From contig CAVQBK010000004.1 in NCBI GenBank assembly GCA_963710755.1, positions 1 to 64,000 on the forward strand: DNA of 64,000 bases, given 5' to 3'. The stretch is from an uncultured bacterium. GTDB lineage: Bacteria > Oederibacteriota > JAAXVQ01 > JAUVAV01. Made by a program: the position numbers and the translations under genes. How positions within the stretch are numbered: the first letter of the stretch is position 1; each line of letters opens with the position of its first letter. This document shows positions 9,427 to 18,511 of this stretch, piece after piece. The notes beneath the pieces are model-generated. The model saw only the letters and a list, made by a program, of their open reading frames with translations, was not told the DNA's origin and searched no databases.

Positions 9427-11265
9427 ATGAAAAAAGGGTTGCTGTATTTATTATTACTGGTCATCTTCTTTGTCCCTTTATTGGCGCAGGCTGCGGACAG
9501 CGAACAGAATCAGGATTTTTCCAAGCTGGCCATGTCCGATCTGATGATCGGCCTGGGCACCCGGGCTACAGCCATGGGCAGTATGGGCGTGGCCATCACC
9601 AACGACCTCAGTAGTCTTTATTGGAACCCCGCGGGCTTGACCCATCTTCAGAGCACAGAAGTTGAATTTCTCCATAATTCTTGGATGCTTGACACCGGCA
9701 GGGAAACATTGTTGTTCGGTCTTCCCGTTACCCAGACCGGGAGATTGGCGGCAGGCATCAGTTATTTGGGGTTGGGCACGATTGAGCAAACCAAGATGGC
9801 CGGCGATGGCACCATCGAGCTGACCTCCAACACGCTTGCCCTCTGGAGCTTGGGAGCGCAAGTAGGGTGGGGCATGCAGCTAACGCCCAGCTTGACTGCC
9901 GGCGGCACAGTCAAATTTAATATGCAGGAGTTGGGCGTTACCCAGGCGATGGCCGTTGCGGCTGATGTGGGGGCTCAATATCGAATTAATAAAAATGTGA
10001 TCTTCGGATTGGCTTTGAAAAATCTAGGCCCAGGGGTCAATGGGTTCAGCCTGCCTATGGAGGCCGTTGCAGGTGCAGCCTATCAGTGGCACCTGTCTTC
10101 CCAACATCAACTCACTTTGGGTCTGGATGGGGAAATACCCATTATGGCGGTCTCCCAAACGTTGCTGCATACTGGTGTGGAATATGCCTTCGCCAACATT
10201 GTGGCCGTGCGTTTGGGGTATCAGCTTTCCGATCTTAACAGTCTGGGCGGCATCAATGGCCTCAGTGCCGGGCTGGGCCTGACTCTGGGGGCCTGGAGAT
10301 TGGGCTATACCTTTGCGCCATTTGGGGATTTAGGGTCGAGTCATCGTTTATCTCTGGGCTTAAATCTTAATGCCATGCAAAGCACTTCTGAAAAAACAAA
10401 GCATAAAAAGGTTTCGTCGTCTCGAATCACCGCCAGCGGCCAAACTCGTCTCCCTCTGCTGCAGCCCAAAATGAGTTTTAATGCAGCCAAGCCTTCGGGT
10501 TTTACAGGAGGAGGCAATGCTGTAGAAGGCATTATTAGCCAGGAAGAAGCCAAGATGCGCTCTCTGATGACCGGTGGCGTTAAGGTCGAGCCTAAAATAA
10601 GAAAAACCATGGAGGATGGCCGTCCTAGCTTTCAGGTGGAATTGAATATAAGCCGTTCTTCCGGCGCCAAGATCAGCCGCTGGTCTTTGGCAATGAAAAA
10701 CAACAAGGACAAGGTGATTAGAAAATTAACCGGCCCGGGATTACCCAAGAAAATTCTTTGGGACGGCAAGGATGGGGCCGGCAAAACCATGGAGGGCGGC
10801 ACCTTTAGTTATCAATTGGTTTTAACGGACATTAATGGTGAGAACGAGACGGAAAAAGGAAGAATCATCCTGGGCGGTACGCCCGTGTCGCCTTTGCAAG
10901 GGGCCGGCTCGTCGGCTCCCATCAGCAAAACCATGGAGCCGGTGGTATTCGAACTGAACCGAGCTGAAATCACCCCGCAGGGCGCGGCCATCATTACTGA
11001 AGCTGCACAACTCATCCGGCAACATCCGGGCGCCAAGGTGTATATTGAAGGGTATGCTGATCCCAACGACGAAACAGCGGAGGCTTTGGTGTTATCCCGG
11101 TCCCGGGCTGAAGCTGTGGCCCGGTATTTGACAGCCTACCATAAGATTTCCATGAGACGAATTCTATTGCGGGGCCGGGGCACCAAGCAACCCAAGACCA
11201 TAGCCGGCAAAGTGGACCTGCCCGGACATAACCGATTGGTCGTGATAACCATTAAAAGCAGATAA
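9427..11265 (+). CDS. PorV/PorQ-like (UPF0164, FadL-type) outer-membrane barrel fused to FlgD-Ig-like and OmpA C-terminal peptidoglycan-binding domains
   Basis: Signal peptide. IGLGTRATAMG...SSLYWNPAGL, AADVGAQY, GVEY..VAVRLGY, YTFAPFGDLGSSHRLSL. Then ILWDGKDGAG....GTFSYQL. Then VVFELNRAEI...VYIEGYAD...LSRSRAEAVARYL...NRLVVITI. The ORF is open from 9406. Confidence 0.85.
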   Translation: MKKGLLYLLLLVIFFVPLLAQAADSEQNQDFSKLAMSDLMIGLGTRATAMGSMGVAITNDLSSLYWNPAGLTHLQSTEVEFLHNSWMLDTGRETLLFGLPVTQTGRLAAGISYLGLGTIEQTKMAGDGTIELTSNTLALWSLGAQVGWGMQLTPSLTAGGTVKFNMQELGVTQAMAVAADVGAQYRINKNVIFGLALKNLGPGVNGFSLPMEAVAGAAYQWHLSSQHQLTLGLDGEIPIMAVSQTLLHTGVEYAFANIVAVRLGYQLSDLNSLGGINGLSAGLGLTLGAWRLGYTFAPFGDLGSSHRLSLGLNLNAMQSTSEKTKHKKVSSSRITASGQTRLPLLQPKMSFNAAKPSGFTGGGNAVEGIISQEEAKMRSLMTGGVKVEPKIRKTMEDGRPSFQVELNISRSSGAKISRWSLAMKNNKDKVIRKLTGPGLPKKILWDGKDGAGKTMEGGTFSYQLVLTDINGENETEKGRIILGGTPVSPLQGAGSSAPISKTMEPVVFELNRAEITPQGAAIITEAAQLIRQHPGAKVYIEGYADPNDETAEALVLSRSRAEAVARYLTAYHKISMRRILLRGRGTKQPKTIAGKVDLPGHNRLVVITIKSR

Positions 11266-11352
11266 GATTTGACGCAAGCCGCTGATTCTCTGCTGCAAGG
11301 GACAGGGCATCCGGCATGGGCCCAACAAGGAACCGGTTTACGGCAGTTCCCC

Positions 11353-12690
11353 CTATGGGTCCAAAGTTATCGTGACTTCTTTGGCAAAATGCTCTCGTGT
11401 GGAATAAGTGGCTTCTGCTTGCAGATTTATGATGACAGGGTTTTTATTAAACAGTGGTCGCGACAGCTTCCAGCTCAATTGTTGTGGTCCACTGTCCAAC
11501 AGATATTTGTTATAAATGACAGTCTCATGATTATCCTCTCTGGTACGTAAGCTGACCAAGGCCGGCTCGGTTAAAAAGAACGATAGTAGAACCGTGTGCT
11601 TGTCAGGCTGCAGCGCAGCTGCAGCCTGCTTGATATCCGTGCCAATCCAAAAATAGTGAACACTGTTTTTTTCCGCAATGAATACTTGTCCGAAATGACG
11701 GTTAAGCGCAATTCCGGTGGGATGGATAAAACGGTAATCACCGTCTCCGCTACGCCCAAAAACATCGAGTAACTGCAAGTTCCGGTTTAATTTGTAGATG
11801 CGGTCTTCTTGCGGGGAGGTCAGCCATACATTATCATAATAGTCCAGGGCCATCCAGGCCCAAGCTGTCTGACTGGAACCAACGGATTGGGTCCAGACCA
11901 CTTGCTGCGGCACACCGTCCAAAGTGCTCTTGATCAACCGTTGGCCCTCTTGATCGAGAATTAATAAAAAGGGTTGCTTGTGAAACGACCAAGGTTCATT
12001 GGCTGAAGTGACGGCTATTGCCAGAGGTTTTTCCAGACGGACCTCCGGCGATAAGACAGGGCCAATTGTCTTGATATATTGATGGGCCGCATTATAATAA
12101 GCTAGGCATTGGGTCACGGGGTCACTGACATAGCATCCACTTTGGGTGTCGCAGGCCAAACCGGAAGGATGCCAAGAAGTCCCTTCGGGGGAGGTCAGTT
12201 TGCTTTGCCAGCGTAATTGGCCATGGTCAGGACGGTAGGTCCATACGCTGCCGGCCTGGGGATCACTGAGCCACACCGTGCCGTCCGGGGCAGCACAGAT
12301 ATCCAATGGCTTTTGCAAAGGGACGTCTGGTCCGGCGCTGAGCAAAGCCAAACGGCTCAACGAAGGATTATAAATGACATTGGCCTGGCCTTGATTAACG
12401 CCGAGTACGGTGATCTGGTAGGCATTCTCGCTGGTGCCCGTGCCAAAGGATTGAAGCAAGGGCATACAGGTCATCCCTTGAGGGTGATCAAAGCGGGCCC
12501 GGTTATTGGTGAAGTAAGCCAGTTGTTCCTGGGTGCCGCGATGGAGTCCAAAGGGCGTATGCCAATAGGCGGGGTAAATCAATGTGGTCGCCTGGTTGGT
12601 GATCACCTTGACCGGCTTGCCCCAGGCTATAGAATTGAAACTTGCGAAAACCGCCAATAGTAATATTTGCCATGTTTTGGTCATGTTCAA
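11353..12690 (-). CDS. Secreted NHL-repeat beta-propeller protein
   Basis: Signal peptide. NHL-like repeats FDHPQGM, PLDICAAPDGTVWLSD, HPSGLACD, FGRSGDGDYRFIHPTGIALN...QVFIAE. Confidence 0.75.
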   Translation of the reverse strand: MNMTKTWQILLLAVFASFNSIAWGKPVKVITNQATTLIYPAYWHTPFGLHRGTQEQLAYFTNNRARFDHPQGMTCMPLLQSFGTGTSENAYQITVLGVNQGQANVIYNPSLSRLALLSAGPDVPLQKPLDICAAPDGTVWLSDPQAGSVWTYRPDHGQLRWQSKLTSPEGTSWHPSGLACDTQSGCYVSDPVTQCLAYYNAAHQYIKTIGPVLSPEVRLEKPLAIAVTSANEPWSFHKQPFLLILDQEGQRLIKSTLDGVPQQVVWTQSVGSSQTAWAWMALDYYDNVWLTSPQEDRIYKLNRNLQLLDVFGRSGDGDYRFIHPTGIALNRHFGQVFIAEKNSVHYFWIGTDIKQAAAALQPDKHTVLLSFFLTEPALVSLRTREDNHETVIYNKYLLDSGPQQLSWKLSRPLFNKNPVIINLQAEATYSTREHFAKEVTITLDP

Positions 12691-12727
12691 CTGTTAGCAT
12701 GAAGCCGCAGGTCTGGCAATGAAAAAA

Positions 12728-12906
12728 GCAGAGCAGAACGTAAGCATTCACGCATGACCCTAGGGTGCCATCTGATGCTATCAGTAAGCATCTGCCGGTA
12801 TAGGTCACCTTGATTACTACGAAAACCATCCTGTGCCCCTTGCCAAGGGAAACATAGGATCTGAGTCAACAACGCTGATCATACGGACACGGGATCAAGT
12901 CCGCTC
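12728..12906 (-). ncRNA. Structured intergenic RNA, probably 6S RNA (ssrS)-like
   Basis: About 180 nt. On the minus strand 5' GAGCGGA pairs with 3' TCTGCTC, and TGACTC pairs with GGGTCA as in the 6S stem. GGCACCC precedes GGGTCA. Internal hairpins ATCCTATG..CCCTTGGCAAGGGG..CACAGGAT and GATGCT..AGCATC. Followed by a T-tract. Confidence 0.5.
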
Positions 12907-12943
12907 CATGAGTGCTCATCAAGATTATGAAAGCAGGTACCCG

Positions 12944-13786
12944 ATGATAAGAAAGCCGGTGGTGTCCGGTTCCTTTTACGATCAGGACAGCAAGCGTTTA
13001 AACAGCCAGATCCAGCGGTGGATGCAGCCCTTTACAGAAAAAGGAGCCGAGGCCTGGGCTGCCTTGGTGCCCCATGCCGGGTATGTCTATTCCGGCGCTA
13101 TTGCCGCGCAAACACTGGCGCAGGTACAGCCGGTATCCACCATCTTTTTGCTGGGTCCCAATCACACGGGTGTGGGTGAAGCTGTGGCAGTGGACCCCAG
13201 TGAGGCCTGGCAAACCCCTCTGGGGATCATGTCCGTGGATCACGAGGCTGCTGCCCAATTGGTGGACCAATGTGTCTACGCACAATGGGATGATCTTGCT
13301 CACCAAAATGAGCATTCCCTGGAAGTCATCGTACCTTTTTTGCAAGCGCGGCATTTGACGGAACAGATTGTGCCGGTATGCATTGGCACTTTAGAATTGC
13401 CGGTCCTGGAGGCGCTGGGCCAGGCTTTGGCCAGAAGCATAGCTACCAGCCCAATGCCCACGATGATCGTGGTCTCTTCCGACATGAATCACTTTGCCGA
13501 TCTGGAGGCAACGGAGCAATTAGACCAAATGGCCTTGGACGAATTGCTGCGCCTTGATCCCCGGCGCCTACTGCAGGTGGTCCGGGCCCATCATATCTCT
13601 ATGTGCGGCATTGCGCCGGCGGCGGTCATGCTCTTGGCGTTGAGCGCTCTGGGCCCGGCGCGTGCGCGTTTGGTGCGTCACGGTACTTCGGCCGAAGCCT
13701 ATGGCGACCGCCAGCGGGTAGTGGGCTATGCCGGAGTGATCATCGAAAAACAAAAGGCGTCCGGGGAGGAACACCACCATGGATAA
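12944..13786 (+). CDS. amrB: AmmeMemoRadiSam system protein B (MEMO1 family)
   Basis: MIRKPVVSGSFY, LVPHAGYVYSG, LGPNHTG, EHSLEVIVPFLQ, VVSSDMNH, ISMCGIAP, VVGYAG. Confidence 0.92.
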   Translation: MIRKPVVSGSFYDQDSKRLNSQIQRWMQPFTEKGAEAWAALVPHAGYVYSGAIAAQTLAQVQPVSTIFLLGPNHTGVGEAVAVDPSEAWQTPLGIMSVDHEAAAQLVDQCVYAQWDDLAHQNEHSLEVIVPFLQARHLTEQIVPVCIGTLELPVLEALGQALARSIATSPMPTMIVVSSDMNHFADLEATEQLDQMALDELLRLDPRRLLQVVRAHHISMCGIAPAAVMLLALSALGPARARLVRHGTSAEAYGDRQRVVGYAGVIIEKQKASGEEHHHG

Positions 13787-14093
13787 AAGCGTTGTCTGGG
13801 TCACCGTACCTGATCATGAAACCGCTCTGAGCATTGCCCATGCCGTGGTGGATGATAAATTGGCGGCTTGCGCCAATATTTTGCCTGGTGTGACTTCCAT
13901 TTATACCTGGCAAGGTAAAAAGGAAAAAAGCCAGGAAGAACTATTAATGATTAAAACCAGAAGCACTTTGGTCGAGGCTATTATAGCTAAAATAAAATCC
14001 ATTCATCCCTATGAGGTGCCGGAAATTATTGCCATGCCCATAGCCCAGGGAAACGCTGCTTATCTGCAATGGATTGAAGAGGAAACGAGTTAA
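13779..14093 (+). CDS. cutA: Divalent-cation tolerance protein CutA
   Basis: LAACANILPGVTSIYTWQG...IKT...HPYEVPEIIA...YLQWI. Confidence 0.95.
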   Translation: MDKSVVWVTVPDHETALSIAHAVVDDKLAACANILPGVTSIYTWQGKKEKSQEELLMIKTRSTLVEAIIAKIKSIHPYEVPEIIAMPIAQGNAAYLQWIEEETS

Positions 14094-14167
14094 CCAGCCT
14101 ATGACGGGGTTCTGTTGTGCCAAATTAACCAGCTTATATGGGCAGCCTCCAGCCGGGAGGTCGGCTG

Positions 14168-16225
14168 ATGCCTAGCGCCATGACCGTGGCTGATGAAATC
14201 ATTGTAGAGGCCAAGCAACTCACTGGGGCGCTCCATGTCTGGATGGTGGAATGGTCCTCTGAAGACCGGCAACCACGATTACTGCATGCGCCCAAAAAAA
14301 TTCAAGCCCCCTTGGTGCTGCCTGACAAAGGCCTTTTAAGCTGGGTGGCCGATAAAAAAGCGGTGGTGGCTTGGTTGCCCGGCCGCCAGGGCCGTTTTCT
14401 GATGACCAGGGCGCTTAACAAACCGGCCCGGATAATGGGCGGGCAATTAAAAAAATATCTGGACGCGGATATGCTCTGGTTGGGCGGCTACCAACACAAC
14501 CGGGCTCTGCTGTTTATCCCGCTTAAGCATGACGATTCTTTGCGCCATGTGCTGGTCCTGGAAGCCAAACAATGGACGCCGAAATCCTTGCTAAGGCTGG
14601 ACCTGTTTATTCGCCTGGCCTCCCAAGCTTTGGGGGTGGTGGTAAAAAACAAGCTTTTAAAAAATCAACTGCAACAATCGCGCGCCATCTCGGAAATTGC
14701 CCAGAACATGAACGCCACCTTGGAACTCGATGTGCTGCTTCGGCTGATTGCCTTGGAGATAAACAAGGCCATGCACTGCCAAGCCGCCACTATTTGGCTG
14801 GATGATGAAAAAGGCGGGCCCATGTCTCTGCAGGTGGTAATGGGTTTGAGTGAGGAATTAAAGACTTATTTAACCAGACCCTTTCATAAATTCAAGGTGG
14901 CTGACCGAAAGGCGCCGGTTATTGTAGACCTCATGGATGACCATGTTGCCCGATCCTGGCAGGCCTTCCATAAACAAGGCTTTGAAAAAGTCATCACCCT
15001 GCCTTTGACCACCAAGAAAAAAATCATCGGCCTGGTGGAACTGCTGGTCAAGTGGCCCCGTTCGCTTTTCAAAGGCGAAGTTGATTTATTGCGTACCCTG
15101 GCTAATCTGGCCGCTACCGCTATTGAAAATACCCGCTTATACAAAGCTGCTCAGCGCAAAGCTCAGGAACTATTGGCCGTGCACGAGGTCACCCAGCTCG
15201 TCAGTGAGGTCAGCAATATGGATGCCGCCCTGGGGCATATTGTGGAGCGGGTAAGTGAACTATTGGATGTGGAGAAGGCCTGGCTCATGTTTTATTACGA
15301 GGACAGCCGCTGTCTCCGGGCCCATCCGGTGGCTTATGGTGCTGTGCAGGAACAATTGGATGCTCTGCATGTGAGCGTGGACGGGCCCGGTATTTCGACT
15401 TCCGTCTTTCACCGGGCTCAGGCCATGTTCAACAATGACGCGCAAAGTGTGGCGGGTGTCCAGGAAGAATTTGGCGGCGTGTTTGATCTTAAAAATTTTA
15501 TTGCCGTGCCCCTGCGCGCCGGAGAAGAAACCATGGGGGTGTTCCTGGTGGGAAACAAGCGTCACCATGCTTTGTTCACCGGCCATGATGTGCGTTTGTT
15601 TAAAACCCTGGCAACCGCCGCCGCTACGGTGATCAAACAAGGCAGTCTTTATGATAAATTACAGCGCAGCAATCTTTCCCTGGTCAAGGTGATTTCCAAA
15701 ATGATCGATGCCCGCGATCCTGCTACTCATGGTCATTCCCGGCGGGTGGCGCAGTATGCCTGGGCTATGGCCCGTCATCTGCAGCTGCCGGCGGCAGCCG
15801 TGGAGCATATTCGCCTGGCAGGGTTGTTGCATGATATCGGAAAATTGGGACAAGCGGAATATCTCCGTTTAAGCGCCGATGACCGGGCCCGTCAGACGCC
15901 GCATGTGCTTATTGGGGAGCAGATGCTGCAGGATGTAGATTTTCCTCAGGAAGTCAAAAAATTGGTCAGGTATCATCATGAACATGTAGATGGCAGCGGC
16001 GCACCGGAAGGGCTGCAGGGTGACGCCATACCGCTCGGAGCCAGGATTATCGCCGTGGCCGATGCTTTTGATGTGGCTGCCCGAAGACAGGCGGGCACCC
16101 CTCAGGCGGAAACAGAAGGGTTGGCGGCTTTGCGCGAGCAACAACATACGCGTTTGGATAGCCGCTTGGTGGAAGCGTTTCAATCGCTGTGGCCTATAGT
16201 TTTGGAGAAGGACATGGGCTGGTGA
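14168..16225 (+). CDS. Multi-GAF sensor HD-GYP-type phosphodiesterase
   Basis: Two clear GAF domains (LPL...IIGLV..F...EVDLLRTLANLAATAIENTRLY; AVPL...MGVF..GNK...F). Then DARDPATHGHSRRVA, LLHDIGK, HHEHVDGSGAPEGL, ARIIAVADAFD. GGAGG RBS before 14168. Confidence 0.9.
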   Translation: MPSAMTVADEIIVEAKQLTGALHVWMVEWSSEDRQPRLLHAPKKIQAPLVLPDKGLLSWVADKKAVVAWLPGRQGRFLMTRALNKPARIMGGQLKKYLDADMLWLGGYQHNRALLFIPLKHDDSLRHVLVLEAKQWTPKSLLRLDLFIRLASQALGVVVKNKLLKNQLQQSRAISEIAQNMNATLELDVLLRLIALEINKAMHCQAATIWLDDEKGGPMSLQVVMGLSEELKTYLTRPFHKFKVADRKAPVIVDLMDDHVARSWQAFHKQGFEKVITLPLTTKKKIIGLVELLVKWPRSLFKGEVDLLRTLANLAATAIENTRLYKAAQRKAQELLAVHEVTQLVSEVSNMDAALGHIVERVSELLDVEKAWLMFYYEDSRCLRAHPVAYGAVQEQLDALHVSVDGPGISTSVFHRAQAMFNNDAQSVAGVQEEFGGVFDLKNFIAVPLRAGEETMGVFLVGNKRHHALFTGHDVRLFKTLATAAATVIKQGSLYDKLQRSNLSLVKVISKMIDARDPATHGHSRRVAQYAWAMARHLQLPAAAVEHIRLAGLLHDIGKLGQAEYLRLSADDRARQTPHVLIGEQMLQDVDFPQEVKKLVRYHHEHVDGSGAPEGLQGDAIPLGARIIAVADAFDVAARRQAGTPQAETEGLAALREQQHTRLDSRLVEAFQSLWPIVLEKDMGW

Positions 16226-16289
16226 CAGGATAAGGTAGCTAAACCGGTAAAACCTGAAATGAACACCCTTTCGCGTGCATACCCTTAAA

Positions 16290-17234
16290 TTATTTATTTT
16301 TTTGGCTTATCAAAACTTGGGCCCGTTCGGCAATGGAGGCGGCGTCAATGCCGAATTTTTTAAACAACTCCGACGGTTCGCCTGATTCTCCGAATTGATC
16401 CTGAACGCCAATGCGCGCAAAGGGTACATTAACGCGGGCTTCGCTAAGGACTTCGGCCACAGCACTGCCCAGCCCGCCAATGATGGTGTGTTCCTCGGCT
16501 GTCAGAATGGCGCCCGTGTCGCGGGCAGCTTCCAGGATGGCGGCCTGATCAATAGGTTTAATGGTGGGCATATTCAGCACGCGCGTGCTAACTCCGGCGG
16601 CCTTGAGCAAGTCCGCTGCCGCCAAGGCTTCGTGCACCATGGTACCGCAGGCAATTAAGGTGAGGTCGCGGCCATTCTGCAACACCTGCGCCTGGCCGAT
16701 GACAAAAGCATGATCACTGGTAACAGAGGCCACTTTGGGACGGCCCAGTCTTAAATAGACGGGGCCCTGGAAAGCGGCAATAGCCTTGGTGGCCGCTGCA
16801 GCTTGGGGACCATCAGCCGGTACGATGACGGTCATGTTGGGCAGAATCCGCATTAGGGCGATGTCTTCCACGGCCTGATGGGAAGCGCCGTCAGGACCAA
16901 CCGAGAGACCGGCATGACTGGCGCATATCTTGACATTGGTTTTAGGAAAAGCAATGCTGTTGCGAACCTGGTCGTAAGCGCGGGCAGTGGCAAAGACCGC
17001 GAAGGTGGAGACAAAAGGAATTTTGCCGCTTACCGACAGACCGGCAGCCCAGCCCATCATATTTTGTTCGGCTATGCCCATATTATAAAAACGTTCCGGA
17101 TATTTTTCGGCAAACACATTCGTCTTGGTGGAACAGGAAAGATCGGCATCGAGAACCACTATAGAATCGTTGGTTTCTCCCAATTCCGCCAAAGCCTGAC
17201 CATAAGCCTCGCGGGTTGCAACTTTATCACCCAT
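16290..17234 (-). CDS. Transketolase, C-terminal subunit (pyrimidine-binding + C-terminal domain)
   Basis: ATREAYG, DADLSCST, NMGIAEQNM, GPDGASHQ, GPVYLRLGR, TIKPID, EEHTIIGGLG. Confidence 0.95.
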   Translation of the reverse strand: MGDKVATREAYGQALAELGETNDSIVVLDADLSCSTKTNVFAEKYPERFYNMGIAEQNMMGWAAGLSVSGKIPFVSTFAVFATARAYDQVRNSIAFPKTNVKICASHAGLSVGPDGASHQAVEDIALMRILPNMTVIVPADGPQAAAATKAIAAFQGPVYLRLGRPKVASVTSDHAFVIGQAQVLQNGRDLTLIACGTMVHEALAAADLLKAAGVSTRVLNMPTIKPIDQAAILEAARDTGAILTAEEHTIIGGLGSAVAEVLSEARVNVPFARIGVQDQFGESGEPSELFKKFGIDAASIAERAQVLISQKNK

Positions 17235-17284
17235 TTAAACCACTCCTAAAAGTCTCCGCAGGCATCGGGCCGGCGGTATCTTGG

Positions 17285-18100
17285 CTATTTCAATTCTTCC
17301 AGCATTTGGCAGACCTGTTCGTCGTTGGGGGCAACCCCATGCCAGCAGACTTGATTTTCCGTAAAAGAGACGCCCTTGCCTTTAACTGTCCTGGCAATGA
17401 TGACCGTGGGTCTCTCTTTTTCCAAAGCTGCTTCTTCCAAGGCCTGCAACAACTCATCATAGCGGTGGCCGTCTACACTAAGCACCTGCCAGCCAAAAGC
17501 TTGCCACTTGTCTGCCAAAGGATTGATGTTCATCACCTGGCATACTTCGCCGTCGATCTGCAGGCCATTGTGATCAATCACGGCGCATAAGTTGCCCAAT
17601 TGGTAATGGGCTGCGCTCATGGCTGCTTCCCAGACTTGACCTTCCTGGCATTCACCGTCGCCGAGCACAGTATAAATGCGCTGCTGCGGCAAGGCTGCGG
17701 CCATGCCGCAGGCCATGGACAAGCCTTGGCCCAAGGAGCCGGTGGACACTTCAATGCCGGCGGTTTTATTCATATCCGGGTGGCCTTGCAAAGTGGAGCC
17801 CAACCGGCGCAAGGTGTTTAAGTGTTCGGGAGGGAAATAGCCGGCTCTGGCCAAGGCCGCGTATTGGGCCGGCGCTGCATGACCTTTGGAGAGGACAAAA
17901 CGGTCGCGCTGGGGCCAGGACGGATTTTGAGGATCATGACGCATGACCCCAAAGTAGAGCACCGTAAGAATATCAATACAGGAAAGCGATCCCCCGGTAT
18001 GGCCCGATCCGGCCCTGCCGAGCATGCTTACAATATCGCGTCTAAGGGTTAAAGCCTGATCAGCCAGCTTGGAAACATCTTGAGTTAAAGGAAAAATCAC
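17285..18100 (-). CDS. Transketolase, N-terminal (TPP-binding) subunit
   Basis: SGHTGGSLS, RDRFVLSKGHAAP, LQGHP, STGSLGQG, GDGECQEGQVWEA. GTG start at 18100 preceded by GGAGG. Confidence 0.95.
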   Translation of the reverse strand: MIFPLTQDVSKLADQALTLRRDIVSMLGRAGSGHTGGSLSCIDILTVLYFGVMRHDPQNPSWPQRDRFVLSKGHAAPAQYAALARAGYFPPEHLNTLRRLGSTLQGHPDMNKTAGIEVSTGSLGQGLSMACGMAAALPQQRIYTVLGDGECQEGQVWEAAMSAAHYQLGNLCAVIDHNGLQIDGEVCQVMNINPLADKWQAFGWQVLSVDGHRYDELLQALEEAALEKERPTVIIARTVKGKGVSFTENQVCWHGVAPNDEQVCQMLEELK

Positions 18101-18237
18101 CGCAAAGGGACCTCCGCTGAAATAGGAAAAGATCGTACTAAAGCCGTCTGGCTTTGTCAAGGTCTAAAAATAAAGCCCTGGCGCCTGTATAAACCAAGAA
18201 CCTCAGCACTTGGCTTATGGGCAAGGGGGACCTGCTG

Positions 18238-18246
18238 TGGTATACT
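18238..18246 (+). promoter_or_regulatory. Putative extended -10 promoter (TGgTATACT) for the lnt region
   Basis: TG-n-TATACT ~45 nt upstream of the ATG at 18290. Confidence 0.5.
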
Positions 18247-18289
18247 TGAGCATTACTTCCAATTATTAGAATGACAAGGTCGCAAGTAC

Positions 18290-18511
18290 ATGCAGCTCTG
18301 GACCCGCGGCCGGGGATGGTGGTATGCCGTTATCTCCGGTTTCTTGTTAATGTTTTCCTGGCATAATGCTCTTTATCCCGGTCTTGCGGACTGGACCGGG
18401 GGCATAGCCTTTGTAGCCCTGATTCCCTTCCTGTGGGCCAGGTCCGTTTATCTCAAGGTCAGCAGGAAGAGGTTGGCAGTATTAAGGAGTAATCATGACC
18501 AGCACCTTTAA
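18290..18511 (+). pseudogene. Short ORF paralogous to the N-terminus of the downstream Lnt (partial tandem duplication or lnt remnant)
   Basis: SGFLLMFSWHNALYPGLADWTGGIAFVALIPF vs Lnt SGLLLMLSWQNAFHPAMAAWPGGIAFVALIPF. Confidence 0.75.

Noticed and set aside
12833-12943. N-terminal extension of amrB from the GTG at 12833
   Set aside because: Family similarity begins at MIRKPVVSGSFY (12944), and the extension overlaps the putative structured RNA.
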